NCBI GenBank assembly: GCA_029933635.1
Contig: JAOZNS010000003.1
Location: 1 to 32,916, forward strand
Length of the DNA stretch: 32,916 nt
Source of the DNA: Candidatus Zixiibacteriota bacterium
Lineage (GTDB): Bacteria; Zixibacteria; MSB-5A5; SM1-73
Direction: 5' to 3'
Shown: positions 27,996 through 32,916 of the stretch, in pieces
How positions within the stretch are numbered: the first letter of the stretch is position 1
Layout: each line of letters opens with the position of its first letter
Position numbers and translations under genes: made by a program
Notes under the pieces: model-generated
Seen by the model: only the letters and a program-made list of their open reading frames with translations
What the model was told of the DNA's origin: nothing
The model's database searches: none

Positions 27996-28009
27996 TTGAC
28001 AAAAGTCAA
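27996..28009. promoter_or_regulatory. Palindromic regulator site, FNR/Crp-like
   Basis: TTGAC-AAAA-GTCAA perfect inverted repeat; FNR consensus is TTGAT-N4-ATCAA. Confidence 0.4.
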
Positions 28010-28050
28010 ATTGGCGACCAAACGCTCCTCTTGCCAAAATCTTCTCCTGG

Positions 28051-28067
28051 CTGGCATATATGTTGCA
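28051..28067 (+). promoter_or_regulatory. sigma54 (-24/-12) promoter of the C25 peptidase gene
   Basis: CTGGCATATATGTTGCA has exact GG-N10-GC spacing and is close to YTGGCACG-N4-TTGCW; 60 nt before ATG 28128. Confidence 0.7.
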
Positions 28068-28127
28068 AAATGGTGCTGTCGTGCATTCTAAATCCTTTTG
28101 AAGGCTGACCTCAAAAGGGGGGTAGCC

Positions 28128-30620
28128 ATGAGCAGGAGCTTAACCTGGTTTTTAATTCTTTTTCTTATTTTATCCCCAGAATCAATGAGATTGGTGTACT
28201 CTGTTCCGTCAGGGTCAAACATAACTTATCAGATTTGTTTCTCAGAAAGAGATCTGTTTTTTGATCGGATGAATGGTTTTGACCTGGTGGATCTGAAAGG
28301 TAGCATCCGTTCATCGGATGTGGGCTGGCCCGACCTACCTATCAGGCTGATCCATCTCATCCTTCCCACCGATCGCAGGGTAGGTGATGTTTTAGTAATA
28401 AATGAACAGCCAGTGCTCCTTGAAGGGGAGTATCTCATTCTTCCCACCCAGCCAGATCAAAAGACGGATGAGATTTCTGAAAAAGAATGGGTGGATCCAG
28501 ACCCTGAAGTTTATAATTCCGATTCATTGTATCCATCCCGTCTGGTGGAGGTGGTCGAGGAAGGCTATCTGGCCGGCAACCATCTGGTCACACTGGCGTT
28601 ACATCCCCTACAATACCAGCCCAAGTCGCGAAAGCTTTTCTTTTATAAACAGCTAAACATTAATGTAGAATTGGAGCCTTCTGAAAAGCTCCCTTTATCT
28701 TCCCGGATAAGGAGAAGATCAATCAAGGCCCAAAGGTTATATGAGAAGATTCTGCAACAGGTGGTGGACAATCGAAGAGACATTCCCGATTTCATTTGCA
28801 AAGATTTTCCATCCATGGTGTTCAAGGCAAATATTGACAGCTTTGTTTTTCCGTCCTATCTGGTGGTTACCACCCCGGAGCTAAAGCCAGCATTTTTGCC
28901 CCTTGTGGATTGGAAGAACAAAAAGGGAACCGATGCTGACATCGTTTGCATCGATAGCATACTTTTAAATTATTCGGGAAGAGACGATGCGGAAAAACTT
29001 AGAAACTTTTTGATCGATGCCTATCAGAACGGAACCAGCTGGGTGCTTTTGGGAGGAGATGAGGATGTGGTTCCCATCAGATATGCCTATCCCACCAACA
29101 CATCCATCTATCCCCCGAATACCGATCAGCAGATTTGTGATCTTTACTTTTCCGATGTCGACGGAGAGTGGGATCAAGATAACGACGGCATCTGGGGAGA
29201 ACCTCGGCAGGATAGTCCAGACCTTTTCCCGGATTTGTTCGTGGGAAGAGTTCCTGCGAATGATACTACAGAGGTTAAGGCTTTTGTGGAGAAGCTGATC
29301 TCCTATGAAAGAAATCCAGGGAATGGATCGACCGATTATCTTACCCGCGCGTTATGGATGAGCTCAGATCAGATGAGAGACTGGAATGGGGGAGAGGGAC
29401 AGCATCAGCTGGTTTCTCAATACATCCCTATCAGTTTCTCTCAGGATTTGATCACACTTATAGAATCTCCAACCGGAGACGCCCAGAATCCAGTTGGTCC
29501 CGATGGGAGAACCTGTGTGGAGGTGATGAATCAGGGCTGGGGGATCATTGGCGTTTTGGCTCACGGGAAATCAAATGGCTTTGTGGCCAAATCGAATTTG
29601 ACCAACGGCACTCCCAAGTCGTGGGTCTTTACTGCTCCGGGAGGAGGTGGCGGGCACGGACACCTGCCCAACCTGAATGTCGAAGGGAAGTATGGGATAA
29701 TGTATTCAATATCCTGTAGCCAGAGTGCCATAGACGTTGATAAATATCCTTCCTTGGGAGGAGAGCCATGCGTAGGGGAATTTTATCCTTTAGCTTTGCA
29801 AAAGGGTGGAGTGGCATTTTTGGGTTATTCCAGGTGGGGATGGGTAAACGTCTCCTACCAGCTTTTTGAAAAGTTCTCAGAGTACCTATTCGACAACAAC
29901 CTGGGACATCACATCGGAGTGGCAGAAGCTTTATCCAGATGTGCCTATCCTTCCTACAGAGATATAGATTATGGGCACAATCTTTTTGGTGATCCAGAGA
30001 TGCAGGTATGGACAGAGATCCCAAAAGAGCTGGTGGTTGACCATCCGAACGAGGTAAACATAGGTTGGCAAACCATCAACTTCTTCGTCACCTCTCAGGG
30101 AGCGGCTGTAGGCAGTGCCTCGGTTTGTTTAAGCTTAAGAGAACGGATGATATTTTTGGGGCAGACCGATCAGGAGGGTCGGCTAAGCGGTGAGATGAAC
30201 TTAGATGATGTGGGAGAGATGAGCGTGGTGGTAACGAAGCATAATTATATTCCTTATGTTGACTCGATCACCATCTCCTTGCTGGCTGACGTCGGTGAGG
30301 ATGAAAATGGGGATGAAGATTTCTCTCAGGTTAAGTCATTTTCGCTGTTTCAAAATTATCCCAATCCATTTAATCCCATCACCAATATTCTATTTGCGGT
30401 AAAAAGCGACCAGGACCCCGTCCGGACCACCATCAGGGTCTATAATCTTTTAGGCGAAAGGGTGAGGACTCTGCTGGACGAGCCCAAGAAGCCGGGAAAC
30501 TACCAGATAATCTGGGATGGTAAAGATGAGGATGGAAAAGAGGTGTCAAGCGGGATATATCTCTATACATTGGAAGCAGGTAATTACAGGCAGACAAAAA
30601 AGATGATCCTGATGAAATAG
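28128..30620 (+). CDS. Gingipain-like C25 cysteine peptidase with propeptide, Ig-like domain and T9SS type-A/FlgD-like C-terminal domain
   Basis: Signal-like N-terminus (ATG 28128 after AGGGGGG), G.PDLP propeptide motif, WVLLGGD..VVP, DLYFSD.DG.W, VGRVP, catalytic AHG and SISC, NLFGDP, and LFQNYPNPFNP...WDGKD..G..VSSGIY...KMILMK. Confidence 0.9.
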   Translation: MSRSLTWFLILFLILSPESMRLVYSVPSGSNITYQICFSERDLFFDRMNGFDLVDLKGSIRSSDVGWPDLPIRLIHLILPTDRRVGDVLVINEQPVLLEGEYLILPTQPDQKTDEISEKEWVDPDPEVYNSDSLYPSRLVEVVEEGYLAGNHLVTLALHPLQYQPKSRKLFFYKQLNINVELEPSEKLPLSSRIRRRSIKAQRLYEKILQQVVDNRRDIPDFICKDFPSMVFKANIDSFVFPSYLVVTTPELKPAFLPLVDWKNKKGTDADIVCIDSILLNYSGRDDAEKLRNFLIDAYQNGTSWVLLGGDEDVVPIRYAYPTNTSIYPPNTDQQICDLYFSDVDGEWDQDNDGIWGEPRQDSPDLFPDLFVGRVPANDTTEVKAFVEKLISYERNPGNGSTDYLTRALWMSSDQMRDWNGGEGQHQLVSQYIPISFSQDLITLIESPTGDAQNPVGPDGRTCVEVMNQGWGIIGVLAHGKSNGFVAKSNLTNGTPKSWVFTAPGGGGGHGHLPNLNVEGKYGIMYSISCSQSAIDVDKYPSLGGEPCVGEFYPLALQKGGVAFLGYSRWGWVNVSYQLFEKFSEYLFDNNLGHHIGVAEALSRCAYPSYRDIDYGHNLFGDPEMQVWTEIPKELVVDHPNEVNIGWQTINFFVTSQGAAVGSASVCLSLRERMIFLGQTDQEGRLSGEMNLDDVGEMSVVVTKHNYIPYVDSITISLLADVGEDENGDEDFSQVKSFSLFQNYPNPFNPITNILFAVKSDQDPVRTTIRVYNLLGERVRTLLDEPKKPGNYQIIWDGKDEDGKEVSSGIYLYTLEAGNYRQTKKMILMK

Positions 30621-30896
30621 AAGATATTTGCTCACCTTTGCCCAGAAGAATAAAGATTTAAAAGATACAGCGATTATAATCTTTCCCCCTTAAGAACTTC
30701 TTAAAAAAGATTCTGCCGACGAAATCAAATCCTTTGGTGTTTTCAGTTTTTAAGATACCAAAATGTTGATTGGCTAAGCGAGACCGTGTCAGATCACATC
30801 ATTCTGTGGTTCAAATTATCCTATGAAATATGTAGCCCCATGGATGATCTCACGACACCAATAAGCCTTTTGCCCCTATGAGGATAAAAATTAGGC

Positions 30897-30925
30897 TTGC
30901 ATAGGATGGGAAAATGGCTTACAAT
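30897..30925 (+). promoter_or_regulatory. sigma70-type promoter of the exosortase operon
   Basis: TTGCAT, 17-nt spacer, TACAAT ending 17 nt before ATG 30943. Confidence 0.55.
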
Positions 30926-30942
30926 AAAAAAGCAAAGAGAAA

Positions 30943-31515
30943 ATGAAAAGCAGAAAAAAAGCTAAAAGAAAAGATCACACCGCCAAAGCTAGACCGAAGT
31001 CTTATAAGGCTATCATCAGATTTTGCCTTATCTTTCTGGGGCTTTTGATCATCCTCGCCACCTCTTATCCCTTCCTGAATGAGAAGTTCAATCCCCAGTT
31101 CAACTGGCTTATGATGAGGACCGCTGATATCACCGGTTTCTTTTTGAGGCTTGTGGGACAGACGGTTCGAGTGAGTGGACGGATAGTTTCATTGCCCAAT
31201 TTCTCCATCGAGGTGGTGGGTGAGTGCACCGGACTTTACGAGATGCTTGTCTTTCTTTCTGCCATGATAGCCTATCCCGCAGGACTGAAAAAGAAATTGA
31301 TCGGGGCCGGCTTGGGGATTCCCTTTCTTTATGTGATCAACCTGGTCCGAATTGTATTCATCACCCTGGTGGGCAACTGGTCTCCTAAGACCTTCGACTT
31401 TTTGCATCTGTATTTCTGGCAGGTGGCAATGGTTTTAATCATCCTCTCCGTGTGGGTTCTGTGGATTCAAAAGGTGGTATATTATGAGAGAAAAGCTGGG
31501 GTGGTTCATCGTTAA
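30943..31515 (+). CDS. Exosortase/archaeosortase-family protein (short, XrtH-like)
   Basis: Cys-Arg-His triad in typical context: IEVVGECTG, INLVRI, FDFLH; about 4 TM segments. Subfamily assignment is tentative. Confidence 0.85.
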   Translation: MKSRKKAKRKDHTAKARPKSYKAIIRFCLIFLGLLIILATSYPFLNEKFNPQFNWLMMRTADITGFFLRLVGQTVRVSGRIVSLPNFSIEVVGECTGLYEMLVFLSAMIAYPAGLKKKLIGAGLGIPFLYVINLVRIVFITLVGNWSPKTFDFLHLYFWQVAMVLIILSVWVLWIQKVVYYERKAGVVHR

Positions 31516-31954
31516 GTTTATTTTGATCTCCGTCCCTTTGTTTATCCTCTGGCACTGGAAAGGAGAGGAAAGATATTTGATTCTCTTTAACCACCTGCTC
31601 ACCCTGCTTCTGATAAAGGTGGCCGGCTTTGACATCCGATATTTTCCTGCTCCAGTGGACATCTTCAATAATCTGATTCCTTTTGTCTCTTTAATGATAA
31701 TTACAAAGCAAATGAAACTCCAAAACAGGCTTTTCCGGATAGCTTTGGGGCTTTCGATCTTGATCCTCTGGCATATGATCTTAACTGAGCTGGTCTATCT
31801 TTTGCATGATGAATATGGGGTTTCTTCTCGGGCTTATGAAAAATTGAGCGTGCCTTTGTATCTTTTCAGTGAGACCTTACCTTTCATGTTATGGATACTT
31901 TTTGCCCGCAAGCAGGTGGCGGGGCTGTTTTTGCGCCTGAAGAAAAGGAGCTGA
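31484..31954 (+). CDS. Exosortase-associated membrane protein
   Basis: Overlaps the exosortase 3' end by 32 nt; about 4 TM segments; layout parallels the exosortase but the protein has no Cys. Confidence 0.7.
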   Translation: MREKLGWFIVKFILISVPLFILWHWKGEERYLILFNHLLTLLLIKVAGFDIRYFPAPVDIFNNLIPFVSLMIITKQMKLQNRLFRIALGLSILILWHMILTELVYLLHDEYGVSSRAYEKLSVPLYLFSETLPFMLWILFARKQVAGLFLRLKKRS

Positions 31955-32018
31955 TAGCTTGCTTTTCTTGGTATGAATTTAAAAAAGATTTTTAACTCTG
32001 GTTTAAAAGGAGGAGCAC

Positions 32019-32702
32019 ATGTCCAATGGGTTCTGTGCAAATGATGAATACTATGTTACCCCATCCAGTTTGAGAAAGAAAGCGGAGGAATGGAAAAAGC
32101 AGATTGCCTTCTACAACCTTCATCGAATGAAGCCAAATTTCAAAAGATCCTGTCTTCTGGTGGTGGACATGCAGAATTTCTTTCTTGATCCGAGAAGCCC
32201 CACCTTCACCCCGGGAGGCTTAGCTATATTGCCCAATTTAACCAGACTGATTAAGGCATTTAGAAGGAAGAAACTCCCGGTGATTTATACCGCCCATGTG
32301 CACAAAGACCAAAAGCTGGATGGCGGAATTTTAGCCTGGTGGTGGGAGGGGATGATCATGGAGAATACGAAAGATGCGGAGATTTATCCTGGTCTGACAC
32401 CGTTGCCGGAGGAGAAGGTAGTCTATAAACATAGATACAGCGCCTTTTATAACACCGATCTGGAGACCGTGCTCAGATGTTTGAAGGTGGGAGATCTAAT
32501 AATTACTGGAGTGATGACCAACTTGTGCTGTGAGTCAACCGCACGTGATGCTTACTTCAGGGATTATCGGGTCTTCTTTCTTCTGGATGCCACCGGGACC
32601 ATAAATGAGGAACTGCATCTGGCTACCCTCAAGAACTTAGCCTTTGGATTTGCCTATGTGACCACCACCGAAGAAATTTTGCGAAAACTATCCAGAAGAT
32701 AG
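32019..32702 (+). CDS. Isochorismatase-family cysteine hydrolase
   Basis: LLVVDMQNFF, KHRYSAFYNT.LE, GVMTNLCCESTARDA (Asp-Lys-Cys triad); AGGAG RBS. Confidence 0.92.
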   Translation: MSNGFCANDEYYVTPSSLRKKAEEWKKQIAFYNLHRMKPNFKRSCLLVVDMQNFFLDPRSPTFTPGGLAILPNLTRLIKAFRRKKLPVIYTAHVHKDQKLDGGILAWWWEGMIMENTKDAEIYPGLTPLPEEKVVYKHRYSAFYNTDLETVLRCLKVGDLIITGVMTNLCCESTARDAYFRDYRVFFLLDATGTINEELHLATLKNLAFGFAYVTTTEEILRKLSRR

Positions 32703-32812
32703 GCATTTTTGTTGTCTACGAGTTCCGCTATCTAACTTTCATGATCTCTGGATGTTATCATCCAGAAAACGAAAACCTAAACCTATCTAATTTTCCTGGA
32801 TATTCCCCAAGT

Positions 32813-32841
32813 TTGACAGACAAATGCTTAAGAGGTAAAGT
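32813..32841 (+). promoter_or_regulatory. sigma70-type promoter for a gene running off the window end
   Basis: TTGACA, 17-nt spacer, TAAAGT; an open frame from ATG 32847/GTG 32880 runs to the window end. Confidence 0.45.
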
Positions 32842-32916
32842 ACTGTATGGCAAGGGAGGAGTTCCATAGAAGGAGGGGGGTGGCCGCAGGCTTCAGTGGG
32901 GTTGAAAAAATTGGGA

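Noticed and set aside
1-32916. tRNA, rRNA, CRISPR array or transposase
   Set aside because: No cloverleaf, rRNA-like sequence, regularly spaced direct repeats or transposase ORF recognised by eye.

Overview
Bacterial window with three blocks. (1) 1-9864 (+): three tandem, diverged copies of a four-gene membrane cassette. Gene A is DUF6754-like with an optional Fn3 ectodomain; B and D are ~210-aa polytopic membrane proteins; C is a ~280-aa protein with two TM anchors. I cannot assign it to a characterised system, and it is the best candidate for an undescribed multi-subunit membrane complex. A and C look like distant homologues with opposite membrane orientation. (2) 10742-27529 (-): the division/cell-wall cluster mraZ-rsmH-ftsL-ftsI-murE-murF-mraY-murD-ftsW-murG-murC-ftsQ-ftsA-ftsZ, without murB or ddl. 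It has a readable sigma70 promoter, MraZ-type repeats, an internal promoter and a terminator. (3) 28051-32702 (+): a gingipain-like C25 peptidase with a T9SS/FlgD-type C-terminal domain behind a sigma54-type promoter, an exosortase with a probably inactive partner, and an isochorismatase-family hydrolase. Gene content suggests an FCB-related candidate phylum (Zixibacteria/KSB1-like); this is inference only. All family names come from motif recognition by eye, not database searches.
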